Positions 1 through 17,402 of a stretch of DNA of 64,000 nucleotides are shown piece by piece. Source of the DNA: Chrysomallon squamiferum (lineage: Eukaryota; Animalia; Mollusca); assembly GCA_012295275.1 (NCBI GenBank), contig CM022674.1:8184001-8248000 (forward strand). The letters are read 5' to 3'. Below the pieces are notes generated by a model. That model was not told the DNA's origin and searched no databases. It saw only the letters and a list, made by a program, of their open reading frames with translations. Every line of letters begins with the position of its first letter. Position 1 is the stretch's first letter. The position numbers and the translations under genes are program-made.

Positions 1-915
1 AACCTTTCTCTCCTATGTTTCGATTCTGACATGATAATACATTTATTAGTTAAATCTAATAATGGTAATACAGAAACACAAAATGAATTAATTTAAATTA
101 CAGGGTCAGTCTGACACTTCAAGACTTCAGTCACGTGTACGTTACTGGCTATTCAGCTGGAGTATTCTTTGAAACTTCACAGTTTTCTGAAGTTTGTCAT
201 ATTCACCAAGTAATTTGCTTATGTCTGAACCCAGTGGGACAAGCCGCGAAGTGGTTTGACACTGGGACTCTGTAAATTAGATAACACACCAGGTTTTCGC
301 CCCTTTAGAAGATTTTGTCAAACAGCTTTTCCCATTTGGTAATATTTTGCAGTTATGCACTTTTCTGTTCAGAAAACAGTCTTCTTTTTTTATCAAACTT
401 CGCGATATTGAAACTGACAACCAATTTTATAAATAGAAAATAGTATTAGTTAAAAAAGGACGTCTGTATGTACTTTGTACGTCACTTTGTATGTCTTTAA
501 TATTAGGTCCACGTTGGACTGAAAAAAACTTATTTAATAGACCAGTGAACGGTGACAGATTTCGTAGTCTACCGGGAATTGTATGCGCTGTTAATGATAT
601 ACAGTTGGAATTACGTCACTCAAACACAGCTAATTTGAAAACTATCTGATAATGAACTTCTATTTCAATAATAAAAAATTTCGAGTTCAAAATTTCAAAA
701 AGCTGAATATAATGAACAGAACCCTACTTCTAGAAATACGTGGAACATTTCGCATCTGCACGTGAATGTAACGTAGACAAAGAACACTGTAACTGAGAAT
801 AATTGTTTTTGTTTAATCTGATCCAGACTGAGTATTGAACAAAAAATAAATCTGTGCTGTGTTATACAGTTCTTTGATTTAGTGTTTGGTAAACGAGGAA
901 GAACACACGCATACA

Positions 916-1018
<103 letters not shown>

Positions 1019-1302
1019 GCAGCAAAAAAAAAAAAACCGACATAATCAAAGAGTAATAACAATAAGAAAACAATGAAGCAGAAAAATAAAGATGAAGGAA
1101 ATTAAAAACAAAAATCAAAGCACTCAGACTTCTAACAACACAACAACGACATCAGCAATAATAACAACAATAACCACGAAGTCGAGGAGGACGACGACGA
1201 TGATGGTGACAGTGATAACAGCAGTGATGTTACATTGTACTGAAATATACTGACAAGTGTATAATACATGCACGCACTGAAGTAAAATGCACATTACAGA
1301 GA

Positions 1303-1751
1303 CAGATATGTGTTACAGATATGAGTTACAGGCATGTGTTACAAATATGAGTTACAGATATGTGTTACAGATGTGAGTTAACAAATATGAGTTACAGATA
1401 TGAGTTACAGATATGAGTTACATATATGAATAACAGATATGAGTTACAGATATGTGTTACAGATATGAGTTACAGATGTGAGTTAACAAATATGAGTTAC
1501 AGATATGAGTTACAGATATGAGTTACAGATATGAGTTACAGATATGAGTTACAGATATGAGTTACAGATATGTGTTACAGATATGAGTTACAGATATGAG
1601 TTGCAGATATGAGTTACAGATATGAGTTGCAGATATGAGTTACAGATATGAGTTACAGATATGAGTTGCAGATATGAGTTACAGATATAAGTTGCAGATA
1701 TGTGTTACAGATACGAGTTACAGATATGAGTTACAAATATGAGTTACAGAT
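1303..1751. repeat. 13-bp minisatellite AGATATGAGTTAC
   Basis: More than 30 tandem units with point variants. Confidence 0.95.
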
Positions 1752-2052
1752 CTTGTCAGTGTTTTAGTTTTTAATGTTAAACTTTGTCAAGTGTTCTAAA
1801 ACCAGACTTAAGCTGTCAGACTTTCTCTACTGGTGATGTTTTCCAGTTAATTCAGTGAAGTTTGGCTTTTACCAAATTCTTCTCGATTATCTCGTTATCT
1901 GTCACTTTCTTGCTTCCTTTTTTCACTCTCTCCATTTCGTATTATGTGTTTCTCTACTGTACGTAGAAATAACATACAACATACACACAGAATAATGTCA
2001 TTAGAATTTATTATAAAAGATAATAATAAAACTAATAATAACAAGTGGTCTC

Positions 2053-2693
<641 letters not shown>

Positions 2694-3395
2694 CAACTAA
2701 AAACGTAACAACTACAAAAATAATAATAATAAAATAAACGTACAAAACCCCGAAGAAAACAAACACCTAACAACAACCTAATAAAACCAAAACAAACTGT
2801 TATTGAAAGACACAAGACAGACATGTTGTCTTTCTTTTCAGTTACACCTGTCACAGTAACTTATGACAAACTGAAAACAGCTCTAGACCGGGGACTACAC
2901 ACAAAGCACCTAATCAAGTTAGATAAAACGTAGATGTAATGCTCAAACTTCAGAGCTCGTGTAATTTGCCTCTAGCTGTTTCTAGTTCTCGACTTGTGAA
3001 ACACATATGTGTAGCTGAGTCTATCAGCGTCGCCGCAGCTGGCGTCTGATTATTCTGTCAATTTGTCTGAAGAATAAGTTGTGGAAAATTACTTATCCGT
3101 GACGAGTAATGTCGTTGGCACTAACGTTGTCGTTGTCTCAAGGTAATCTGTGCAGTAATATCAGGTTATTATCTTTCTTGTGTCCATGAATATTTTTTCT
3201 ATTGAGAATACTATTGCATTTTAAAACAAATACATTTATTTTAAATATTAATATGTGAAAATTTGGTTAGTAGACATGCTTAAGTATGTTTGTTACTGCT
3301 AGATGAATGTTTATATGTCGCGTGTGGAGAGATTGACACACACACGTTCATACATACATACATATATGCTTACGTATACACACATACATAGTCAG

Positions 3396-5741
<2,346 letters not shown>

Positions 5742-6197
5742 ACAGCGCATGATCACATCACTGTGTGGGTTGCTCTCTGTTCTATGTGTAATTTTACAAA
5801 TCACGGACATATTTTTAAAAGGACATTGCTGCTGGCTAATTTGAACCATAATATGACGTTATTCACTAATTGTAACGCTCCATCTGACTTTGTCGCCGAT
5901 TATAATAGAAAGAGAGGAGATTTCTTTAGCCTTTCCCCTTAATAAAATTCATCACATAACCTACATTAGTAAGTAGAATAACCGTAGAGTTAATAGAAAT
6001 ACAGGCTTTTATTACCGATGTTAATTATGAAGTCTGCATAGGGAGTCTGTATGAGGACTGTCGGTGAAAGAAAGAAATTAAATAACGAAAGAGAAAGATA
6101 AAATCAGAGACATAAACTCTGCGATGAGTTCTGGTTAAACATCAATTACTAACACATCTCTGTATAATTATTCTATTAAAACGCAAACAACAGACAA

Positions 6198-6525
6198 TCC
6201 ACACACAGACACACCCATCCAAACACACAGAGACACACACCCACCCAAACACACACACAGACACATATACACACACACTTATACCCACCCACACACACAC
6301 ACACACACACTTACCCCCACACCCATACCCCCCCCACACCCACCCACCCAAACACACACCCACCCAAACACACACCACAGACACATATACACAAACACAC
6401 ACACAGACACCGACCCACCCAAACACACAGAGACACACACCCACCCAAACACATACACAGACACACATACATACACTTACACCCACCCAACCACACCCAC
6501 ACACACACACACACAAGAACACACA
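6198..6525. repeat. Degenerate (CA)n/CCCA tract
   Basis: Seen directly. Confidence 0.9.
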
Positions 6526-6540
6526 TGTGGAAATAGCTAG

Positions 6541-7040
6541 ATAGACAGACAGAGAGACAGAAAGACACGTAGTTATTCAGATAATCAGACAGATCTGTAG
6601 CCTAAGATAAGCGTGGATAGACAGACGGACAGAGAGACAGAAAGACACGTAGTTATTCAGATAATCAGACAGATCTGTAGCCTAAGATAAGCGTGGATAG
6701 ACAGACGGACAGAGAGACAGAAAGACACGTAGTTATTCAGATAATCAGACAGATCTGTAGCCTAAGATAAGCGTGGATAGACAGACGGACAGAGAGACAG
6801 AAAGACACGTAGTTATTCAGATAATCAGACAGATCTGTAGCCTAAGATAAGCGTGGATAGACAGACGGACAGAGAGACAGAAAGACACGTAGTTATTCAG
6901 ATAATCAGACAGATCTGTAGCCTAAGATAAGCGTGGATAGACAGACGGACAGAGAGACAGAAAGACACGTAGTTATTCAGATAATCAGACAGATCTGTAG
7001 CCTAAGATAGGCGTGGATAGATAGACGGACAGAGAGACAG
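6541..7040. repeat. 80-bp near-perfect tandem repeat, about 6 copies
   Basis: AAAGACACGT recurs at 6561, 6641, 6721, 6801, 6881, 6961. Confidence 0.96.
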
Positions 7041-7057
7041 TAAAGGAATGGGTAGAT

Positions 7058-7616
7058 CAGGGCTGCCCACACTTTTTTGGCTTGCGAGCTACTTTTTACA
7101 TGACCAAGTCAAAATGATCTACCTACAGTAAAAACGCATAACATTTTAGTGTCATGCGATCTACCCACACTGTCTATGCGATCTACCCACACTGTCTATG
7201 CGATCTACCCACACTGTCTATGCGATCTATCCACACTGTCTATGCGATCTACACACACTGTGTATGTGATCTATCCACACTGTCTATGCGATCTACACAC
7301 ACTGTGTATGTGATCTACACACACTGTCTATGTGATCTACCCACACTGTCTATGTGATCTACCCACACTGTGTATGTGATCTAACCACACTGTCTATGTG
7401 ATCTACACACACTGTCTATGCGGTCTGCCCACACTGTGTATGTGATCTAACCACACTGTGTATGCGATCTACCCACACTGTCTATGTGATCTACACACAC
7501 TGTCTATGTGATCTACCCACACTGTCTATGTGATCTACACACACTGTCTATGTGATCTGCCCACACTGTCTATGCGATCGACCGAGTGATCGCGACTGAC
7601 GTTTTGGGCACCCCTA
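7058..7616. mobile_element. hAT-like MITE with internal 22-bp minisatellite
   Basis: TIR-like ends CAGGGCTGCCCA / TGGGCACCCCTA, subterminal GATCTAC/GATCGAC motifs; no coding capacity; right TSD not evident. Confidence 0.65.
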
Positions 7617-7619
7617 ATT

Positions 7620-8020
7620 AAAGAGACGAGTGAGACAGACATACAAGAGACAGTCACACAGACAGATAAATAAAGAGACGAGTGAGACAGACATACAAGA
7701 GACAGTTAGACAGACAGATAAATAAAGAGACGAGTGAGACAGACATACAAGAGACAGTCACACAGACAGATAAATAAAGAGACGAGTGAGACAGACATAC
7801 AAGAGACAGTCACACAGACAGATAAATAAAGAGACGAGTGAGACAGACATACAAGAGACAGTTAAACAAAGACAGATAAATAAAGAGACAGTGAGACAGA
7901 CAGATAAATAAAGAAGTGAGACAGACATACAAGAGAAGTCACACAGACAGATAAATAAAGAGACGAGTGAGACAGACATACAAGAGACAGTCACACAGAC
8001 AGATAAATAAAGAGACGAAG
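7620..8020. repeat. About 52-bp minisatellite, 7-8 copies
   Basis: AAGAGACGAGTGAGACAGACATACAAGAGACAGTCACACAGACAGATAAATA. Confidence 0.93.
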
Positions 8021-9594
8021 AAGACAGAAATACAACAGATGTGGTTTGTAGTCTGAGTCACTCTTGTAGTAAAGCACAATTCACCATACATGTAGGTAAT
8101 AAAATTACTTGTTAGGAAATGAAAAATAGTGAATTATTCGTATACAGAGAAGCTATTGGAATTGTATGTATAGACGAACAAAATATGTTATAAACTGATG
8201 TGTGCAAAGGTTTATCACATATAGATTATGTTGGTAAATACATAAAATCTGCATACATATATATTAAAGTGACATCAGAGAGAATGTTGAGTAAAATATT
8301 TCACTCATTCGGTTAGTGACTCCTTGTTTATTTCCTGTCTACGTAATTATTTGAAATTAAGCTCTGTATATATAGACATATATATATTTATACACACACA
8401 TAAATACATACAAAGAGACATACATACATGTGTACATGTTTGCGTACAGACAAACATACATATCCACTCATCAAACAACGAGAAAAATTACAAACCTTTT
8501 CGGACTTCAGAAAAAAAAAATTATTATTGATGAATTACAGTTAAGAAAACTATTGGGTAGATCGAAACTGGTGGAAATTAACTTTGATATTGGCTAGGAA
8601 TTAATTGTGAATATTTCTACAAAGATATTGATCTGTGAAAAATAAAAGAAGTGTTTTGCTTGTTAATTCAGGCACATTTAAGCAATGAATACGTGCCTGC
8701 ATGTTTAGTGCATGTCATTCAGTATAAGAATTGTAATAAATAATGTGCCTACTACTGGGGTTTTATTCCAGATTAGAGAAAATGCACACTACAAATATAG
8801 AATTTTTTGAGGAGAAAGAAATTGCCACTTCGAATACCACACTTTTCAGTTAACTGCAAAGCAGCTTATGCCGTAAGTCCTTTAGTTTAGAAGAAGAATT
8901 AAACGCAGTATCTGAAATGATGGTAAGTGGTAACTGAAATCAATTTGAACAATTCACCTTCTTTCGCTCACAAAGAAACAAAAATATCTAGATGATCAGA
9001 AGAACGGTAATTGTTCCTCACAATACATGAGTACAAAAGTTTAAAAATCAATCGTTTAACAGAAAACTTACTTTAGCAGAAAATATCGATGCAAAACGAT
9101 AAAAAAAACTAGTTTGTTCGATATTTGTGTTTGAATTTGAGAAGGAGAAGCCCGCGCACTGGGACACGCATTGTGTGTGGGGAGATAAATGACGGATTGG
9201 AAACAATCAGGTTCATCCCGGATCATCTTACACAATAAACCTTTGATATACGTCAAACGATAAAACACATTTCCTTTTACAGCTATTGAGTCTTTCGTTT
9301 TTTCCACCGAGCTAGTGACCGCAGGTGACTTGTAAATATTTAATGATGACCGGAATCAGCTGTCTATGGATAGCGAGTTTTGAAGACGTTGATTGAAAAA
9401 CATCATCAGGTTCTTCTGATCTTCGAACATGACTTTAGGGTACTGAAAAAACATGAATTTTTTGGAAGAAGTGGTATTTTGGAGAGATTCTTTGTTTCAG
9501 CTTCAGTGATTTCCGTTTTAGAACAGTGAACATTAATTATTCAAGTGTATTAATTAAAAAATTAATTTTTTAAGTTACGATGGCTTTACAAGTA

Positions 9595-10525
9595 ATGTTA
9601 GATTTGCTTGTAGAGTTGACAAGATTTTAACTGATGTTAGATTTGCTAGGTAAGTTATAGACTTGTTGAGTTTACAAGAGTTTAACTGATGTTAGATTTG
9701 TTGGATAAGTTATAGACTTGTTGAGTTTACAAGAGTTTAACTGATGTTAGATTTGCTGGGTAAGTTATAGACTTGTTGAGTTTACAAGAGTTTAACTGAT
9801 GTTAGATTTGCTGGGTAAGTTATAGACTTGTTGAGTTTACAAGAGTTTAACTGATGTTAGATTTGCTGGGTAAGTTATAGACTTGTTGAGTTTACAAGAG
9901 TTTAACTGATGTTAGATTTGCTGGGTAAGTTATAGACTTGTTGAGTTTACGAGAGTTTAACTGATGTTAGATTTGTTTATTGTTGAGACTTGTTGTTAGA
10001 TTTGCTGGGTAAAGACTTGTTGAGTTTAACTGATGTTAGATTTGTTGGATAAGTTATAGACTTGTTGAATTTAACTACGATTTGAGTTTAACTGATGTTT
10101 AACTGATGTTAGATTTGCTGGGTAAGTTATAGACTTGTTGAGTTTACAAGAGTTTAACTGATGTTAGATTTGCTGGATAAGTTATAGACATGTTGAGTTT
10201 ACAAGAGTTTAACTGATGTTAGATTTGCTGGTAAGTTATAGACATGTTGAGTTTACAAGAACTTGTTGAGTTTTACAGACTTGTTGAGTTTAAGTTTAAC
10301 TGATGTTAGATTTGCTGGAGTTTACGAGTTATAGACTTGTTGAGTTTACAAGAGTTTAACTGATGTTAGATTTGCTAGGTAAGTTTTATAGACTTTGCTA
10401 GTTGAGTTTATGTTAGATTTGCTGGGTAAGTTATAGACTTGTTGAGTTTACGAGAGTTTAACTGATGTTAGATTTGCTGGGTAAGTTACAGACTTGTTGA
10501 GTTTACAAGAGTTTAACTGACAAGT
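9595..10525. repeat. 55-bp minisatellite, partly scrambled
   Basis: TGATGTTAGATTTGCTGGGTAAGTTATAGACTTGTTGAGTTTACAAGAGTTTAAC, period 55 (9632, 9687, ...). Confidence 0.95.
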
Positions 10526-13324
10526 TAGTTTGCTGGGTTGACAGAAAACGTTTGTTATAAAAAGTATTTTAATTATAAAATTTAATTAATACAACAGTAT
10601 AAAACTGATCTGATTAAAACCGTCACATGGGATCTAAATCGTGTGGGTAAATATGACCCGATCCATCAAATTCAGCAGAAATAGGACAAATAAGTTTAGT
10701 CATTGCTATCACGTGCATATTCATTATTTCAGTGTTTCTTGTCAATTCTCCAGCGAGTTTTCTCCCTCAGATTTCTGTTTCTACATGAACACTTGCAACA
10801 CGAATAACCAAAGATAATCCACAACAATAAAATAATTTAGGGCAATAGAAATAATATCGGGAAATTATTTGTACTTTTCGTTCTTTCTTTTTTCAGCAGA
10901 TTCATTTAACTAAAAGTCTTCTTCATCACTAACAGAAGAAAGATAGAGAACAGAGAAACATGGGACAGAGCGAGACAGAAGGTAGAGACAGATAGAAAGA
11001 GAGAGACAGACAGAGGGGATTTGTAGTTTTTATAATGATAGTATGAGGAGTTTTATCGATACTGTTCTTGATCGCGCTGAAATCTGCGTTTATTTCATTT
11101 AAACCATTTCCATTGCAATATATGAAAAATAACCCCGCATTTGATAACTATCGCGTGTATCTCGACAGCCACACATCTATCTTTAGTCCGTGAAATATTC
11201 TTCTTGCTTCTCGATGTAGATTAAAAGTTAGTGGTTTAGAAAATTCGACACTAGACAGAAACTCTTCATCATTTTTATCATCTTTACTTGAGACATTGAG
11301 TCTAGACAAACAGAGACAGAATAGACAAACACATGTGTACTTTTGTGCGGAAGAGGGTCTGACTGATTTAAAAGGATTTGAATCTCGAGAACACTGTTTA
11401 TTTCATTACAAGCACGTGGCTTTTAAAAAACAACAACAACCAAAAACCGAATCTCAGTGCTGTTTTACATACTGTGAATAGACCTAAAGAAATAGATACT
11501 GAAACTGTTCGGCCAATTCACTTTTTAAACATCTTCACAGAGTTTTCGATATTAAAACGACTAATATCATGTGAATGGAATAAATCGTTTAAAATTACGT
11601 TTATATTTAAATATACCAAATCGAGTTATTATTATTCTATTTTTTTATCAGAAACTTCAATATTTGAAGAAAAAAAAATTATTCATAAGATCTAAACACT
11701 GGAATAATTTTTGTTTTCAACACTGAAAGAACATTTACAAATAAAAATAAGCATTGCTGAATAAGATATTTTAAAATCCCTGACAGAAAAGTAAATAAAC
11801 TTAATGATTAGCCTAAATACGTTGTTAGCCTACATTCGAATGACTTGAAATTCGTTTTTCCATCTAAATTGGTTTACGTGATACTTTCACTGTGACTATA
11901 GATTATCGACACTTCCAGTCTTTTACAACCTGACCCAAATCAAGCGAATTAAACGCGCACGTTATTTTTCTAATTCGATAGAAACTGAATTAAATATTAT
12001 TCCGATGTAATTAAAATAATTAAATAGATGCTAACTAAAATAATTATAAACAGTCGCTAATCGAAATAAAATTAAACACGTGATGCTGATTAATACAATG
12101 CGATGAAAAGAATTAATCCATAAACACGACAGCGAAGTCACATTGTATTGAATTTAAACACGTTGATAAAACAGTGGCTATATATAAACAAAACATAAAC
12201 AATCTTTGACATGTCGCTTTCGTGTTATCAGACTGGCACACAAGAAATCACAATTTTCATTTTCACATATACAAACACACACACACACACATATATAGAT
12301 AGATAAATAGATAGATATGATATGAATATATTATTATCAAACACACTCACACACACACACATATACAATATATCCATATTTGTAGATAGATAGACATACT
12401 ATATTATTATTAGACATACACCTATACACATACAAACATGCACACACATACTTACACATCACACACATACGCTACTCTATAAGCGCTGAGAACTGAGTTA
12501 TTTCTTTCATATTAATCAGTCACATTTACAACAACATACAAACAACACTGTGTAAAACTGTTCAGTGTGACTAACATGGACCAGAGAGTGACTGGAGCGC
12601 AGCTAACAGTCTCACTAACAAACACGTAATTATTCAGTTCTGTGTTACGTGTCAGGAACCAAATCTTTATCTTCAGCACATGCTCGGAAAAATTCAACAT
12701 GTTCTTGTCACGTATGGCTTGTTATTATCATGTTGAATAGGACGTAATTGGAAAATTTAAAATAGCGTTAATTACTGCACGAAATTATTAATATTAAAAT
12801 AGAAGTTATCGATGTTTTACTGACATTATTAGCTGTTGTAGATTAGTGAATCTATGTCAATCAGTGATGTATGCTAATTAGTGAATTAATGTAAATTTAT
12901 GTTAATATAGTGTATTCATTAGTTAATGCATGTCAATTAATGAATTTGTGTAAATTTTTGATGTTTTATGTTAATTAATGAATGTATGTTAATGAATGTG
13001 GATGGTGAATGCATGTCAGTTGATGAAATATATTTTAATTGGTGAAATTTATGTAAATTAGTGAAATATATTTTAATCGATGAATCTGTATAAATTAGTG
13101 AATCTACGTTAATTATTGAATGTAGGTTAATTAGTAAACATGTTAATTAAATTAAAATATGTTAAACTCTCAGGCTGTTTATATTTTTATTTCAGTAATG
13201 AATTATTATTAAATTTTATGGATATTTAAATGAATGAGGTATTAATTCTAACGCTAAAATTAATAGAAAAATCATATCTATTATTCAAAAACTAATTAAA
13301 ATTCTGTTTTCAAATAACCTGTTT

Positions 13325-14045
13325 GTATCGATGTAGTGAGTTTCTGAGTGTCTGTATGTACGTGTATCGATGTGGTGAGTTTCTGAGTGTCTGTATGTAC
13401 GTGTATCGATGTGGTGAGTTTCTGAGTGTCTGTATGTACGTGTATCGATGTGGTGAGTTTCTGAGTGTCTGTATGTACGTGTATCGATGTGGTGAGTTTC
13501 TGAGTGTCTGTATGTACGTGTATCGATGTAGTGAGTTTCTGAGTGTCTGTATGTACGTGTATCGATGTAGTGAGTTTCTGAGTGTCTGTATGTACGTGTA
13601 TCGATGTGGTGAGTTTCTGAGTGTCTGTATGTACGTGTATCGATGTGGTGAGTTTCTGAGTGTCTGTATGTACGTGTATCGATGTAGTGAGTTTCTGAGT
13701 GTCTGTATGTACGTGTATCGATGTGGTGAGTTTCTGAGTGTCTGTATGTACGTGTATCGATGTGGTGAGTTTCTGAGTGTCTGTATGTACGTGTATCGAT
13801 GTGGTGAGTTTCTGAGTGTCTGTATGTACGTGTATCGATGTAGTGAGTTTCTGAGTGTCTGTATGTACGTGTATCGATGTAGTGAGTTTCTGAGTGTCTG
13901 TATGTACGTGCATCGATGTAGTGAGTTTCTGAGTGTCTGTATGTACGTGTATCGATGTAGTGAGTTTCTGAGTGTCTGTATGTACGTGTATCGATGTAGT
14001 GAGTTTCTGAGTGTCTGTATGTACGTGTATCGATGTAGTGAGTAT
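13325..14045. repeat. 39-bp minisatellite, about 18.5 copies
   Basis: GTATCGATGT(A/G)GTGAGTTTCTGAGTGTCTGTATGTACGT. Confidence 0.97.
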
Positions 14046-14987
14046 CTGTGTAGTTCTTCACCGTTCTTTGCTGTTGATTTCTTTCTGTGTCTAACATTTC
14101 TGTACGTCTGTGTGTTTGTGTGTGACAGGTCAGTGTTTCCAACTGGCACACGTCCTGCCCGCACTGACCTGTTGCTTTATCAGAGATCTTCCTTTGGGAA
14201 ACGTGCATAATAAAATTAATCCTGAAACCAAATAACAGATATTGATGGATTCTGCTGAAGAGTATTTTACGAAAAAAAAAAAAAAAAATCAAACGACTGA
14301 AATCCAATTGTCGGTTATATAAATGTAATAACCGCGACTTTAGTTTCGCTGTGAATAGAACAAACAGCCTAAGTTTTTGTTTGTGTGGAAACTGCGGCAG
14401 CTCTGTGTTATTCTGCAAGGATCACTGTGACGCTGACCAAGGAAAACTACTAAGTCTTTTCAGTTAGACCGATGAGCTTTACTTAGTATGCTGTGCACGT
14501 TTCCATGGCTTTGAAGATGGTTGAGGCTGTTCACAGCATGATGAAAGGAGCTTTCCTCTTTTCTCACTTTCGAACGTTACAACAACACCAACAAAAAAGA
14601 TCTTTAATAAACAGAATTAATTTCTCTTATATTATGATGTAAATGAAACAGCAAGTATTTTTTTTTTTTTTTTTTGAAAAAAAAAAGGAAAATATTTTAA
14701 TTTAAAGAACGGTTATCTCGACAAAACAGAATTCTTTGAAGATGTTCAGCTTGGGTACTGAAATGAGTCGCTGACTTCACAAATTAGAATTTTAATGTAT
14801 AAGAACTACTTGAAATGACAACGAGGTAAAAATTAACAGAACAAAACAAGCAAACTGAAAAAAAAGACAAATAATAATAATAATAATAATAAAAATAGGT
14901 AAATAAAACGAATTCCAACAAAATAAATTACAAGAAGAACCCTTTTAGCTAAATTCCTTTTATTAGTTTTTTTTTACAAAATAGCTT

Positions 14988-15042
<55 letters not shown>

Positions 15043-15456
15043 CAGATTCACTTAATAATATACACCAACATTCCCAAGGAAAATAAAGCATTATAAACAA
15101 TGGTAATAAAACATGAACTTCACGGTTACTCGTATTAAATAAAACATTAAAAAGTTCGGACGTGGCGTGCTCTGACTTCTGAAATAATTGATGGATATAC
15201 TGCAAACCACGAATTCACAAACAAACAAAAAAAGCAGTTTAAAGAATTGATTCAGACACACGTGTGTTATTCATCACTCAACTGAACACATTAAATCAAG
15301 CGTAACGTTGATTTATGTTATGGAAGGAAGAACATTTGTTTTTATATATATATATATTTAATTATAATTTTTTTTTTTTAAATTTTTGTACTTTTAGCGT
15401 TGATTTAGATTGTAATTTTAAGTACGAAAGATAGATTTACACTTGAATGTATGCGT

Positions 15457-15500
<44 letters not shown>

Positions 15501-16269
15501 CAGTGCTCTAAAACCTTTTCCTTATCAGTGTAATCATGACAGATTTTGCAATATTCGAAAGAAAATCTTCAAAGGATTCTGTTTGTACGTGATAACAGAA
15601 CTTTCGATTAACTTTTTATCTCTCGTTTTCTTTTCTTTCGTCATCTGTTTTTTTCTTTTCCTCTTTACATAACTGCATCATGCACAGACGTACATATTTA
15701 TGATTCTGCGAGATGAAAGGTTCTGCTAACGTCCATTTACAACACAAATATGATGAATGTCGAATTTTGCGCATAATCTATTCAAACCGCGCATTTTCTA
15801 TCAAATTACATTATTATAACAACTCAGCTTTGTAGTCAGTCCGTTTGTCCTGCGTTGTGTTTTATTAGTGAATACACACCAGTTTTATTTCAAGGTATAA
15901 AGCATAAAATGTGTAAATTATTTAGTAATTTATAAAGATTTTATGGGCCACAAAGAACCGAGGACTCTAGCTATGCCCAGGCGGTGTACCCAGTACACAA
16001 TTCTGTACGAAGTCGATAAAAGCAGACTGAAGCTTGAGATATTTCAATAGATCATGTTAGTGTTCAGTCATGTGTTAATTATAAATAATAGTCGCCGGCA
16101 ACACCTGCAATTAAGAAAAACAATGCTTGATAACAAAAACAAACAACAACAAAATAATATCAGTAACAGTAATAACAACAATAATAACAACAACAATAAC
16201 AACAATCGTTAGTGTCATTGTAAATAGCCCTGTGATAACTTTTCTGTTAAAATTAATAATAATAGTATT

Positions 16270-17402
16270 GAGAAGAAAAAACAGAAAAAAAGGAAGAAGA
16301 AGAAATAAAAGAAGAACAAGCATGAAGGAGAAATAAAAGAAGAGGAAGAAATAGAAGAACAAGAAAACAGAAGAAAACAGAAGAAGAAATAGAAGAAAAA
16401 GAAAAAGAAAAAAGGAAGAAGAAGAAATAGAGAAGAAAAGAACGAAGAAGGAATAGAAAAGAAGAAAAATAAAGAAGAAGAAAGAAAATAGAAGTAGAAA
16501 TAGAAAAAGAAAAAAGGAAGAAGAAAAGAATGAAGAAAGAATAGAAAAAGAAGAAAAATAAAGAAGAAGAAATAAAAGAAGAAAAAAAAGAAAGAAATAG
16601 AAGAAGAAAAAGAAAAAGAAGAAGAAGAAGAAAAGAAGAAGAAAAAGAAGAAGAAATAGAAGAAGAAAAGAAGAAGAAGAAAAGAAAAAAGAAGAAAAAA
16701 GAAGAAAAAAGAAGAAGAAAAAGAAGAAGAAAAGAAGAAGAAATAGAAGAAGAAAAGAAGTTGAAGAAGAAAAAGAAGAAGAAAAAGAAGAAGAAATAGA
16801 AAAAAAAAGAAGAAGTTGAAGAAGAAATAAAGAAAAATAGAAGAAGTTGAAGAAAAATAGAAGAAAAAATAGAAGAAGAAGAAGAAAAAAAGAAGAAAAA
16901 AAGAAGAATTAGAAGAAGAAAAAGAAGAAGAAAAAGAAGAATTAGAAGAAGAAAAAGAAGAAGAAAAGAAAAGAAGAAGAAGAAAAAAGGAAGAAGAAAA
17001 AAAGAAGAAAAAGAAGAAGAAAAAAAGAAGAAAAGAAGAATTAGAAGAAGAAAAAGAAGAATTAGAAGAAGAAAAAGGAAGAAGAAAAAGAAGAAGAAAA
17101 AGAAGAAAAAGAAGAAAAAGAAGAATTAGAAGAAGAAAAAGAAGAAGAAAAAGAAGAATTAGAAGAAGAAAAAGAAGAAGAAAAAGAAGAAGAAAAAGAA
17201 GAAAAAGAAGAATTAGAAGAAGAAAAAGAAGAATTAGAAGAAGAAAAAGGAAGAAGAAAAAGAAGAAGAAAAAGAAGAAAAAGAAGAATTAGAAGAAGAA
17301 AAAGAAGAAGAAAAAGAAGAATTAGAAGAAGAAAAAGAAGAAGAAAAAGAAGAAGAAAAAGAAGAAAAAGAAGAATTAGAAGAAGAAAAAGGAAAAAGAA
17401 GA
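16270..17402. repeat. 1.1-kb (GAA)n/A-rich polypurine tract
   Basis: Seen directly. Confidence 0.96.

Noticed and set aside
9068-9307. 79-aa minus-strand ORF
   Set aside because: No recognisable domain or splice context
6541-14045. Regular arrays resembling CRISPR
   Set aside because: Head-to-tail units without unique spacers, no cas genes, spliceosomal eukaryotic context
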